Notes under the pieces: model-generated
The model's input: the letters and a program-made list of their open reading frames with translations, nothing else
Databases searched by the model: none
Told to the model about the DNA's origin: nothing
Source: Candidatus Omnitrophota bacterium
GTDB taxonomy: Bacteria; Omnitrophota; Gorgyraeia; Zapsychrales; JBAZNR01
NCBI GenBank assembly: GCA_041649175.1
Contig: JBAZNR010000003.1
Coordinates: 207,449-271,448, forward strand
Direction of reading: 5' to 3'
DNA length: 64,000 nucleotides
Shown here: positions 18,295 to 27,115 of the stretch, piece by piece
Layout: each line of letters opens with the position of its first letter
Numbering within the stretch: position 1 is the stretch's first letter
Translations under genes and position numbers: made by a program

Positions 18295-19776
18295 ATGAAA
18301 GCTTTATTCTTAACACCACCGTTAAAAGCGTGGGATTCCCACGGATTTCATAGAGCGGCCAATCAAATGCACGCGCAATTGGCGGCGTATCTGCGTGAAA
18401 AGAAAATTTGCGATGTGGCGGTTTTAGATTGCCGCGCTTTTGATATGGATTGGGACGGCATGATGAAAAAAGTTGCCGAAATAAAACCTGATTTTGTTTT
18501 TGTCGGCGAACTGCTTCATTCGACTTGCGGTGCTGCCGTTATTTGGTACTTTAATGAGGGCTTACGCCTCATCAAGGAAAAATATCCCAATGTGAAAACA
18601 ATTGCCGGCGGGCTTTGGTATTCCGGAGATTATGAGCGGCAAATGCGCCTTAACCCCACCATTGATTACATTATGCTCGGGGAAGCCGAATTGACTTTAG
18701 AAGAGCTTATCGTCAATATTAAATCCGGAAATAAAAAGAAAGAGCGCGATATTGACGGTTTAGTTTCTCGCGCAGCAGACGGAACGATTGCTCTAGGTCC
18801 GCATCGCGATCTTATTCCCGACTTAAATGTTCTTCCAATGCCGGCTTATGACCTATTCCCGATGGATAAATACGTTGGGCACACATATTGGAAACCGTTC
18901 GCGGAACTGATGACTTCGCGTGGCTGTCCGGGGAAATGCCATTTTTGTTATGAGTGGGCGCTGTATGATTCGCGCACAGCGACGAAAGATTTTACGTCAT
19001 GGCGTGGATTAAAAGGAAAACGTATCGTGGATGAATTAGATATCTTAGAAAAGCAGTACGGAATTACCACGATCGTTTTTCAGGATGATGCTTTTAATAC
19101 CGATACGCAAGCCATGATCGAGTTTTGTGAAGAAAAACTTAAGCGCGGCAATAAAATTGATTGGGTTTGCCTTGGTCGCGCCGACCAGTGGATCGCTCAA
19201 CACGATATTTTGCCTTTGATGAAGAAGGCCGGTTTATTCTTGGCGCTCACAGGTGTTGAGGTTGAAGACGACCTAAGTTTGCACAAAACAGGCAAGGGTG
19301 TGACGATTGATCAAATCAAGAAAACGATCAAGATCTTGCGCGATCAGGATATAGGATCGGTCGGAACAGTTCTGGTCGGCCTTAAAGAAGATACGGAAGC
19401 CAAGATCAAGGAACGCCTTCGCGTGGCGGATGAAATTGATGCGGATATTTTCGCGCTGGATTATCTAACGCCTGTTCCTAATTCGCCCGACTGGCGCTAT
19501 GCCATCAAGAAGGGCTGGTTTGATCCGGACAAGATCGACTTAAGGGTTTGGGATTTTCAGCACCCCGTCATTCCGACGGATTTTCTTTCCATCGAAGAGG
19601 TGGGGCGTTTAGGCGCTTGGTGTATGCGGGAATATTATTCCAAACCGGAACGCATTCATCGCATCATGGACAGCAATTACGATATGAAGGTTAAATTGTG
19701 CGTGAAAGACTTTATGGATAATATTGCCAAATGGGAGAAGAATTCCCGTGTTGGCGCACAAGCGGCTGCTGTTTAA
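18295..19776 (+). CDS. B12-binding-domain radical SAM enzyme (class B)
   Basis: N-terminal cobalamin-binding-like domain and the radical SAM cysteine motif 'CPGKCHFC'; 493 aa. Confidence 0.65.
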   Translation: MKALFLTPPLKAWDSHGFHRAANQMHAQLAAYLREKKICDVAVLDCRAFDMDWDGMMKKVAEIKPDFVFVGELLHSTCGAAVIWYFNEGLRLIKEKYPNVKTIAGGLWYSGDYERQMRLNPTIDYIMLGEAELTLEELIVNIKSGNKKKERDIDGLVSRAADGTIALGPHRDLIPDLNVLPMPAYDLFPMDKYVGHTYWKPFAELMTSRGCPGKCHFCYEWALYDSRTATKDFTSWRGLKGKRIVDELDILEKQYGITTIVFQDDAFNTDTQAMIEFCEEKLKRGNKIDWVCLGRADQWIAQHDILPLMKKAGLFLALTGVEVEDDLSLHKTGKGVTIDQIKKTIKILRDQDIGSVGTVLVGLKEDTEAKIKERLRVADEIDADIFALDYLTPVPNSPDWRYAIKKGWFDPDKIDLRVWDFQHPVIPTDFLSIEEVGRLGAWCMREYYSKPERIHRIMDSNYDMKVKLCVKDFMDNIAKWEKNSRVGAQAAAV

Positions 19777-19799
19777 AAAAGAATCAAAACGGAAAGAAT

Positions 19800-20075
19800 A
19801 TGATGAATAGCCAAGAGCAAGTTATCTGGGAAGATGAGTCGTTAAAGAAGTTCAATAAAATGATCGCGCGCATTCCACTTTTTCATCGGGAGATCGCGCG
19901 TAAAGTTGCTTTTAAAAAAGCAGAGTTAAACGCGAAAGAACGCGGCTCAAAAAAGGTTGAAGAGCCCGACATTATCAAGGCGTTTTTCTCGGAAGTTCCA
20001 ATGACATTTTATAGCTTGATGATCAAACTTTTAGAAGACGCGGGTTTTGATTATAAGCGTTATGTGGCGAAGTAA
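19800..20075 (+). CDS. Small protein with a PCP_red-like domain (often paired with B12-rSAM/BchE-type enzymes)
   Basis: About 90 aa helical protein beginning MMNSQEQ with SD 'ggaaag'; similarity to PCP_red recalled from memory only. Confidence 0.3.
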   Translation: MMNSQEQVIWEDESLKKFNKMIARIPLFHREIARKVAFKKAELNAKERGSKKVEEPDIIKAFFSEVPMTFYSLMIKLLEDAGFDYKRYVAK

Positions 20076-20526
20076 GTTGGAACTTAATCATCACTCTATT
20101 TTTATTTCGGCGCCGATCGATGCGGTTGGCGCACAAATTGTTCTTTGGGGCGAGGCGTCGTGGTGGCCCAAAAGATGTTCGATGAAATTTATTCCCGAAG
20201 ACGGTGGGGAAATTAAAGTCGGAAAAAAATTTAAGCAAAAAGTTTTATTTCCCTCAGCGCCAAGCTGGACGGTTTGCGTGACCAGGCTTATTTTAAATCG
20301 GGAGATCGAACGCACATTTTTAGACGGGATCTTTAGCGGAAAAGAAACCGTGACGACAAAAAATGTTGCGCAAGGAACACAAGTTGATTATGTAATGGAT
20401 TTCAAGATCAACGGAAGTTTCAATCAAGTTTTGTGGCGAATTATTTTTCGGCGGCTTCATGACCGTAATATTAAGCTGATCTTGAGAAGTTTAAAAGATT
20501 TTATGGAAAAAAAGAGTTTGAAATGA
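20047..20526 (+). CDS. Hypothetical protein, possibly SRPBCC (Bet v1-like) fold
   Basis: About 155 aa with a beta-rich pattern; weak; overlaps the preceding ORF. Confidence 0.3.
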   Translation: MIISVMWRSKLELNHHSIFISAPIDAVGAQIVLWGEASWWPKRCSMKFIPEDGGEIKVGKKFKQKVLFPSAPSWTVCVTRLILNREIERTFLDGIFSGKETVTTKNVAQGTQVDYVMDFKINGSFNQVLWRIIFRRLHDRNIKLILRSLKDFMEKKSLK

Positions 20527-21524
20527 TAATTGCGGTTATTGGAGCGGGGGCGATCGGTTCGGTGGTAGCGGCTTATTTGCATAAAACGGGAGTTGATGTT
20601 GTTCTCGTCGGCCGCGAAAACCAAGTGAATGCCATCAAACGGTCGGGTTTGAAGATAAACGGTGTGCGCGGCGAAGAAATATTTCGCGTTCCGGCATTAA
20701 CACGTTTAGATAAAAAATATGATCTAACGATCTTTACGGTTAAAACCCAAGACCTAGAAGATGCTTACGCGCAAAATAGTGAGTTTCTTTTAGAAAATTC
20801 TTTAATTCTTTCTACTCAAAACGGTGTTCAGGCGGACAATATTTTAAGCGGCCATTTTGAGAAAGAGAATATGCTCAGCAGTATTGTGATGTTTGGCGCG
20901 ACGTATATTGAGCCGGGTGTTGTTACTTTTAATTTTGAAGGCGATTGGATCTTAGGAAAGCCGTTTATTTCGGTGGACAAAGAAGTTCGCGATATTGCCG
21001 AGATCCTAAAGAAAGCATTTACGGTCGCGGTCTCGACGAATATCGTCGGGATGAAATGGCTTAAACTTTTTGTCAATTTCAATAATTGTCTTCCGGCTTT
21101 GATCGGAAAATCTATGCAAGAAACTTTTACCGATATGGATTTTTGTAAATTAAGCGTCATGCTTCTTAAAGAAGGTATCGCGGTCACAGAAAAAGTCGGC
21201 ATAGAACTTGTATCTTTACCGTCTTTTCCGGCGGAAAGAATTTTTGGATTGACCAAAATGCCCTTAGACCAAGCGGCGGGCATCATGAATAAAACCTTAA
21301 CCGGTTTAAGCAAAGAGCCTTTATACGGCTCCATCTTGCAGAGCATCTTGCGTCAAAAGGCAAGCGAGATCGATTTTATTAATGGGGAAGTTGTTTTATT
21401 AGGAAAACAAGTCCAATCAATGGCGCCATTAAACTTGAAAGTTGTTGATCTTGTCCATAGGGTTGAGCGTGAGCGGCGTTTTTTTACACCGGAAGAAATA
21501 AAGAAAGAATTTAGTCTAAATTAA
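20523..21524 (+). CDS. 2-dehydropantoate 2-reductase family (ApbA/PanE) NAD(P)H oxidoreductase
   Basis: Rossmann motif 'IAVIGAGAIGSVVAAYL'; ApbA-like length and C-terminal helical domain. Confidence 0.6.
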   Translation: MIIAVIGAGAIGSVVAAYLHKTGVDVVLVGRENQVNAIKRSGLKINGVRGEEIFRVPALTRLDKKYDLTIFTVKTQDLEDAYAQNSEFLLENSLILSTQNGVQADNILSGHFEKENMLSSIVMFGATYIEPGVVTFNFEGDWILGKPFISVDKEVRDIAEILKKAFTVAVSTNIVGMKWLKLFVNFNNCLPALIGKSMQETFTDMDFCKLSVMLLKEGIAVTEKVGIELVSLPSFPAERIFGLTKMPLDQAAGIMNKTLTGLSKEPLYGSILQSILRQKASEIDFINGEVVLLGKQVQSMAPLNLKVVDLVHRVERERRFFTPEEIKKEFSLN

Positions 21525-21554
21525 AAAACATCATCGATCGGAGAATTGTCCTTA

Positions 21555-22817
21555 ATGGAAAAACGAAGAGTTGTGATAACGGGAGTTGGGATCGTTTCGC
21601 CTAATGGCGTCGGAAAAGAAGCGTGTTGGAAGGGGATGATCAACGGCGTTTCAGCGATAAAACGCGTGACAGAATTTGATGTCTCCATGTTCAATACCAA
21701 GATCGCCGCGCAAGCTAGGGATTTTGATCCGCTAAAATTAGGGCTCACATCAGATGAGGCAATTCGCATGGACCGGTATGTGCAATTTGCTATGGTCGGC
21801 GCGCGGATGGCCTTAGAAGACGCCAAATTAGACTTAAGCAAAGTTAATCGTGAGCGTATGGGCGTTTCTTTAGCGAACGCGATCTGCGGAACAAAATATA
21901 TGGAAGAAGAATTCGCGCTGGTGACCGATAACGGAAAAAATCCTATTAATCCGGCGATGGTTCGCCCGCATCTTTATGACGCTTCCATGTTCAATACGCC
22001 TTCTAGCGAAATTTCTACCAAATATAATTTAATGGGAATTTGTAATACGATCTCAACCGGGTGTACCGCCGGAACCGATTCGGTGGGATTTTCTTTTGAA
22101 GCCATTCAAGACGGAGAAGTTGATGTCATGATCGCGGGTGCCAGCGAAGCGCCGATCACGCCCATCACTTTTGGCGCTTTTGACGTGGTCAATGTCCTGT
22201 CGGTCCATAATGATGAACCGGAAAAAGCATCGCGCCCTTTTGACTCGAAACGAAACGGCTTTGTCATTTCCGAGGGTTGCGGGCTTGTTATCTTGGAAGA
22301 ATTAAATCACGCGTTAAAACGTGGAGCAAAAATTTATTGCGAAGTGGTTGGTTTTGGTACGACCTGTAACGCCTATCATATGACCGACTTGCCTGCGGAA
22401 GGCGAGGCCATGACGGATTCCATTAATTTAGCCATGGAAGATGCGGGCATTAAACCTAGAGATATTGACTATATTAACGCGCACGGTTCATCGACAAAAC
22501 AAAATGATGTTTTTGAAACCAATGCCTACAAAGCATCGCTGGGCGAATATGCTTACAAAATTCCTATCAGTTCTTTAAAGTCCATGATCGGCCACCCCCT
22601 CGCCGGCGCTAATGGCGTTGAGATCGCGGTTTGCGCGCTTATTTTTGAGCGTAATATTTTACCGCCGACGATCAATCAAGAATCTCCTGACCCGCAGTGT
22701 GATCTGGATTATGTTCCCAATGTGGCACGCGAAAAGAAAATAAACTGTATGCTAAAAACAAGTTCCGGATTTTCCGGCGTTCATTCTTCGATGGTTTTTA
22801 GGAGGTATAATGAATAA
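21555..22817 (+). CDS. Beta-ketoacyl synthase, active KS (KS-alpha-like)
   Basis: Active-site Cys 'ISTGCTAGTDSVG'; His motifs 'INAHGSSTKQND' and 'SMIGHPLAGANG'; SD 'ggagaa' upstream. Confidence 0.8.
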   Translation: MEKRRVVITGVGIVSPNGVGKEACWKGMINGVSAIKRVTEFDVSMFNTKIAAQARDFDPLKLGLTSDEAIRMDRYVQFAMVGARMALEDAKLDLSKVNRERMGVSLANAICGTKYMEEEFALVTDNGKNPINPAMVRPHLYDASMFNTPSSEISTKYNLMGICNTISTGCTAGTDSVGFSFEAIQDGEVDVMIAGASEAPITPITFGAFDVVNVLSVHNDEPEKASRPFDSKRNGFVISEGCGLVILEELNHALKRGAKIYCEVVGFGTTCNAYHMTDLPAEGEAMTDSINLAMEDAGIKPRDIDYINAHGSSTKQNDVFETNAYKASLGEYAYKIPISSLKSMIGHPLAGANGVEIAVCALIFERNILPPTINQESPDPQCDLDYVPNVAREKKINCMLKTSSGFSGVHSSMVFRRYNE

Positions 22818-24057
22818 GATAGCCATTACAGGCCTGGGGATCGTATCTCCCAGTGGAATTGATAAGCGAATTTTCTGGTCTAATTTAAAGGCCGGTAAAT
22901 CAACGGTAGGACGCATTGAACGCTTTGACGCGTCGCTTTATCCGTCGCATGTGGCGGGGCAAGTTCATGAATTAGACGCCTATAGCCACGTGTCTTCGCG
23001 CCTTTTAAAGAAGATCGATCTTTTTTCGCATATGGCGCTGGTAGCTTCCGAAATGGCTATCAAAGACGCGCATTTGGATCTTACGAAAGAAAATTTAAAA
23101 CGTGCCGGAATTTTTATGGGAAATGCCATCGGCGGCTGGTTGTATGCCGAAACAGAATTGCGGGATCTATATATTGAAGGCCGTGAAGGGGTGAGTCCTT
23201 TTATGGCTTCCGCGTGGTTTCCGGCGGCGCCGCAAGGGCAAATTTCCATTAACTACGGAATTAAAGGTTACAGCAAAACGGTTGTTGCGGATCGGGCAAG
23301 TTCTTCTATGGCTATTGCTTATGCCGCGAAGAATCTCGTTCACGATAGGAATGATTTTATTTTAGCCGGCGGCATGGAAGCTCCGGTAACGCCTTACGGA
23401 CTTTTATGCTGTAATACGTCGGGTGTTTTAACGAGGCGTAATGATTTGCCACATAGTGCTTATCGTCCGTTTGATAAAACGCGTGACGGGTTGGCGATCG
23501 GTGAGGGGGCTGGCGTTGTTATTTTAGAACGCCCCGAGCGCGCGCAAAAAAGAAATGCCAGAACGTATGCCTACATTACCGGCTACGGAACGACAACAGA
23601 TGGCGTCAATAGAATTGAACCTGCCGCCGATGGTGTTCAGCTAGCGCGGGCTATTTCTATGGCGCTGGATGATGCCGGTTTAGAGCCGAAACAAATTGAT
23701 TATATTTGCGCCGACGGATCAGCAACACAGATCGGCGATATTAGTGAAACAAGGGCTATCAAAAAAGTGTTTAACGGTTACGCGAAGAAAATTCCTGTTT
23801 CCGCGCCGAAGTCTATGTTCGGAAATCTTTTAGGCGCTTCAGGCGCGGCGGATGTGATCGCGACGATCTTAGCCATGCGCTATGGAACTGTTCCTCCGAC
23901 GATCAACTATGAAACACCGGACCCAGAGTGCGATTTAGATTATTGTCCTAATAAAGCGCAAGCTAAAGAAATTAAAAACGCGCTGGTGATCTCTCGCGGG
24001 CGGGGCGGAATTAATACGGCGTTGGTTTTAGAAAAGAACAAGGAGCAGAAGCCATGA
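22810..24057 (+). CDS. Beta-ketoacyl synthase homolog lacking the active-site Cys and His (CLF/KS-beta-like partner)
   Basis: KS fold throughout, but the Cys position reads 'VADRASSSMAIA' and the His motif is replaced by 'ICADGSATQIGD'; translationally coupled to the upstream KS by an ATGA overlap. Confidence 0.7.
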   Translation: MNKIAITGLGIVSPSGIDKRIFWSNLKAGKSTVGRIERFDASLYPSHVAGQVHELDAYSHVSSRLLKKIDLFSHMALVASEMAIKDAHLDLTKENLKRAGIFMGNAIGGWLYAETELRDLYIEGREGVSPFMASAWFPAAPQGQISINYGIKGYSKTVVADRASSSMAIAYAAKNLVHDRNDFILAGGMEAPVTPYGLLCCNTSGVLTRRNDLPHSAYRPFDKTRDGLAIGEGAGVVILERPERAQKRNARTYAYITGYGTTTDGVNRIEPAADGVQLARAISMALDDAGLEPKQIDYICADGSATQIGDISETRAIKKVFNGYAKKIPVSAPKSMFGNLLGASGAADVIATILAMRYGTVPPTINYETPDPECDLDYCPNKAQAKEIKNALVISRGRGGINTALVLEKNKEQKP

Positions 24058-24248
24058 AAAAATTATATCGTTCAGAAACAGATAAGAAAATAGCCGGTGT
24101 TTGCGGCGGCCTTAGCGAATACTTTGACATTGACCCGGTGATCTTTCGCATTCTTTTTGCGGCATTGTTTTTTGTGGGTGGGTTTGGGCTTTTGCTTTAT
24201 ATCATCATGTGGTTTGCGGTTCATTCAAAATCAAATATAAAAAATTAA
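24054..24248 (+). CDS. PspC-domain small membrane protein
   Basis: 'IAGVCGGLSEYFDIDPVIFRILF' is a canonical PspC motif, followed by one TM segment. Confidence 0.6.
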   Translation: MKKLYRSETDKKIAGVCGGLSEYFDIDPVIFRILFAALFFVGGFGLLLYIIMWFAVHSKSNIKN

Positions 24249-24278
24249 AACACAAATTGCTTAAAAGAGGAGAGAAAG

Positions 24279-24536
24279 ATGTCAATAGAAGCAAGTGCCT
24301 TAACGGCAGAGCAAAGAGTTAAGAATATTCTCAAAAAAGTTTTGGATATTGACCCCAGCGAAGTTAAGTCGGATGCGAAACTTGACCAATCGTTGGGAAT
24401 TGATTCAACCGAGATGGTGGAGATTTCCGTCGGAGTCAAGAAGGAATTTAATGTTCCCATTGCCGATAACGAGATCAAAAAGACTTTTTCGGTGAATGAT
24501 ATTCTTAATGTCCTAAAAACAAAAGGCATAAAATAG
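24279..24536 (+). CDS. Acyl carrier protein
   Basis: 85 aa with 'LGIDSTEMVEI' around the phosphopantetheine-Ser; SD 'agaggagag'. Confidence 0.75.
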   Translation: MSIEASALTAEQRVKNILKKVLDIDPSEVKSDAKLDQSLGIDSTEMVEISVGVKKEFNVPIADNEIKKTFSVNDILNVLKTKGIK

Positions 24537-24540
24537 CTAT

Positions 24541-24600
24541 CAGCCTTCAGTCTTCAGCTTTCAGCAGCTGATGACTGATGACTGATGACTGAAAGCTGGA
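24541..24600. repeat. Composite palindrome: 10-bp stem cagctttcag/ctgaaagctg enclosing a (atgactg)x3 tandem, with ttcag heptad repeats on the left
   Basis: Read directly from the sequence; a related core agctttcag...ctgaaagct is at 50549-50580. Confidence 0.7.
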
Positions 24601-24602
24601 AA

Positions 24603-25406
24603 ATGAAAATCATCGACCTTAGCCTTCCCATTGATGACAGTTTGAAAGAAACGCATGCGGCCACCATTGAGCGTATTGCGCACAAAGCGGGCGTTGAGCA
24701 TTTTAACTGGGTGGTGATGAAAAACCAACCCGGCGGCGAAGAACGTTTTAATAAAGGCGAACGCGTCGCAACACCTCAGGAAATTCCTGACGGCGAAATG
24801 CTTTCCTTAGAGATCGTTAATTCTTCCGTGCATATGGGCTCGCACGTGGATGCGCCGTTTCATTATGGCTCAACCTGCGAAGGGAAGCCTTCCAAGCAAA
24901 TTATGGATATTCCGCTGGAATGGTGCATAGGCCCCGGCGTTGTTTTGGACTTCTCTCATTTGAAATTTCCTGATTTTATTGACAAAGAAAAAATTGTGGC
25001 AGCGCTTAAAAAAATCAGTTATACACTTAAAAAAGGCGACATCGTTCTTTTGCGCACCGACGGAGATAAGCTTTTGGGCACAGATGATTACGTTAATAAA
25101 TACGTCGGATGCGTTCCTAGCGCTATTGAATATCTTTTAGATAACGGCATCAAGATGATGGGCATTGATACGATCGGTTTAGATCGTCCATGCTTTTTAA
25201 TGTTCAAAGAATTTTTAACAACGAAAGACAAAAGCAAGATTTGGCCGTGCCACTTTTTAGGCCGCAAGAGGGAATATTGCCATATGGAACGTCTGGGGAA
25301 TTTAAAAGCAATTCCCAAGCCTTTTGGATTTACTGTTTCTTGTTTGCCGGTAAAAGTTAAGAACGCAGGCGCAGGTTGGTGCCGCGCTATTGCGTTATTA
25401 GAATAG
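24603..25406 (+). CDS. Cyclase-family protein (PF04199-like; kynurenine formamidase / polyketide cyclase family)
   Basis: 'HMGSHVDAPFHY' metal-binding motif, 'LLRTDGD', 'GIDTIGLD'; the ATG at 24603 is preferred. Confidence 0.65.
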   Translation: MKIIDLSLPIDDSLKETHAATIERIAHKAGVEHFNWVVMKNQPGGEERFNKGERVATPQEIPDGEMLSLEIVNSSVHMGSHVDAPFHYGSTCEGKPSKQIMDIPLEWCIGPGVVLDFSHLKFPDFIDKEKIVAALKKISYTLKKGDIVLLRTDGDKLLGTDDYVNKYVGCVPSAIEYLLDNGIKMMGIDTIGLDRPCFLMFKEFLTTKDKSKIWPCHFLGRKREYCHMERLGNLKAIPKPFGFTVSCLPVKVKNAGAGWCRAIALLE

Positions 25407-25432
25407 TAAGCAGCGCGGCACCAACCCCCGCG
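25375..25432. terminator. Hairpin with 15-bp perfect stem ggttggtgccgcgct/agcgcggcaccaacc, followed by a second small hairpin tgatttac-gaa-gtaaatca
   Basis: Read directly from the sequence; the left arm overlaps the last codons of the cyclase gene. Confidence 0.5.
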
Positions 25433-25532
25433 CTTTGATTTACGAAGTAAATCAGCAGGGGGATGAAGTAGAGTAGTTGTGATCATTGATTAAAGATAAA
25501 GCCGTTTAAACGAAACACGTGGGGGTACGAAA

Positions 25533-26453
25533 ATGCTAAAACAATATAAGATCATCGAGCATAAACTTGTTGAAAGTGAAGAGGGTGGCTGTCCGGTTTT
25601 AGTTTATGTCTGTCCGGATGAGAAAGAAAGAAAGCATCTGGTGGAAGAACTAAAAATTGACGAGCATAACGTCCATTCCGCCTTAGACCCTAATGAGTTG
25701 TCCCGTGTGGAGTTTGACGAAAATCATGCCGTTGTTATCATTAAGCGCCCAAAACGATATTCGTCCGAAGATAATTTTATTTTCAAGATCTCATCCATTG
25801 GTTTATTCATTTTTCCGGATAAATTAGTCGTCATTCGAGCCGAAGATGCCGCTATCTTTGACGCGCGTGAATTTCAAAAGATACAGACCATTCAAGATGT
25901 TGTTTTGCGCATTATTCGACGCTGTATCTTACATTTTGAAGAGCATTTACACGTTTTGCAGGCGATCTCCGATGAGTTGGAAGAGAAGATCAACCAATCC
26001 ATGGAAAATAAACAACTGCATAATATGTTCGGGCTAGAAAAAAGCCTGGTGTATTACTTAAAAGCCATTAGCTCCAATTCCAGGGCGATTGAGAAGCTGA
26101 AAGTTAATACGGCAAAATTAAATTTCAATACCGACAATGTGGAATACTTAGACGATCTCGCTATCGAAAACAGCCAATGTTACGAACAGGCGAATACCTA
26201 TTCTCAGGTTCTTTCCAGTCTTATGGATGCCCGGGTTTCTATCGTCAGCAATAACTTGAATATTTTGATTAAAAAGTTAACTTTTGTCATGATCAGCATT
26301 ATGGTTCCGACGCTTATCATTAGCGCGTTTTCCATGAATGTTAAGCTTCCTATGGATCAAGAGCATTCCATGATCCCGTTTTGGATCATTATGAGCTTGT
26401 CTATTGTTGCCGGTGCGGCGGTTTATTTGATCTGGAGATTTAAAAAACTTTAA
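25533..26453 (+). CDS. CorA-like divalent cation channel (variant SMN motif)
   Basis: Cytoplasmic domain plus two C-terminal TM segments, with 'FSMNVKLP' at the CorA GMN position. Confidence 0.6.
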   Translation: MLKQYKIIEHKLVESEEGGCPVLVYVCPDEKERKHLVEELKIDEHNVHSALDPNELSRVEFDENHAVVIIKRPKRYSSEDNFIFKISSIGLFIFPDKLVVIRAEDAAIFDAREFQKIQTIQDVVLRIIRRCILHFEEHLHVLQAISDELEEKINQSMENKQLHNMFGLEKSLVYYLKAISSNSRAIEKLKVNTAKLNFNTDNVEYLDDLAIENSQCYEQANTYSQVLSSLMDARVSIVSNNLNILIKKLTFVMISIMVPTLIISAFSMNVKLPMDQEHSMIPFWIIMSLSIVAGAAVYLIWRFKKL

Positions 26454-26480
26454 ATTTGTTACAAGCGAAAGGACGAATAC

Positions 26481-26981
26481 ATGGCAACGACAAGAAATTC
26501 AATTGTGATCAATGCGCCTTACAGTTTGGTTTTTGACATCTCCAATAAGATCGAACGCTGGACGGAACTTTTTGGCAAAGAATATGTCAAAGCCGAAGTG
26601 TTGGAGCGCAAGGGAAATGAGATCACCTTTCGGCTTACCGACGATGAGAATAAAAGCTGGGTTTCCAAGCGCTGGCTGGATAAGGAACATAAATTCGCGG
26701 TCGCTTCGCGCCATGAGCCGATGTTTCCGTTTAAATATATGAAGATCGTCTGGTTTTATATTGAAACGCCGGAAGGAATAGAAATGATCTGGGTTCAGGA
26801 TTTTGAAATGGATCCTAAATTCACTAAATTTACTTCAGAGCAGATCGCAGGATTTATTAATCAGCACTCGCAGCATAATTTGAAAATCTTTAAGAAAGTG
26901 ATTGAAGATGAAGCGAAGTTGTCCCGACGCGACGACGTTTCATCGTCGGTCGGGATGCCGACTTCAACTAAAAAGCATTAA
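26481..26981 (+). CDS. SRPBCC-superfamily polyketide cyclase/dehydrase-like protein
   Basis: About 165 aa; N-terminal 'IVINAPYSLVFDISNKIERWTELF' matches the start of Polyketide_cyc2/TcmN-type aromatase-cyclases. Confidence 0.55.
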   Translation: MATTRNSIVINAPYSLVFDISNKIERWTELFGKEYVKAEVLERKGNEITFRLTDDENKSWVSKRWLDKEHKFAVASRHEPMFPFKYMKIVWFYIETPEGIEMIWVQDFEMDPKFTKFTSEQIAGFINQHSQHNLKIFKKVIEDEAKLSRRDDVSSSVGMPTSTKKH

Positions 26982-27115
26982 AAAAACGTCGGCAAAAAAG
27001 AGGCCTCTCAATTAGCGACAAAAAAATAATCTTCATTTCTTTATGTCTGGGTAATATTGCCGTTTCTTTCAATAACGGCGCTGTTGCCGCCGCCATTCCC
27101 ACCATCGCGCAAAGT

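Noticed and set aside
20828-21346. 172-aa minus-strand ORF inside the ketopantoate-reductase-family gene
   Set aside because: It is antisense to a gene with a clear Rossmann motif and is low-complexity.
24571-24591. (atgactg)x3 tandem, considered as a possible CRISPR or other repeat array
   Set aside because: Only three 7-nt units with no spacers; it is part of a larger palindrome and not a CRISPR array.
25407-25532. Possible Mg2+ (M-box) riboswitch upstream of the CorA-like gene
   Set aside because: The region is only about 125 nt and lacks the conserved M-box helices; only terminator-like hairpins were seen.
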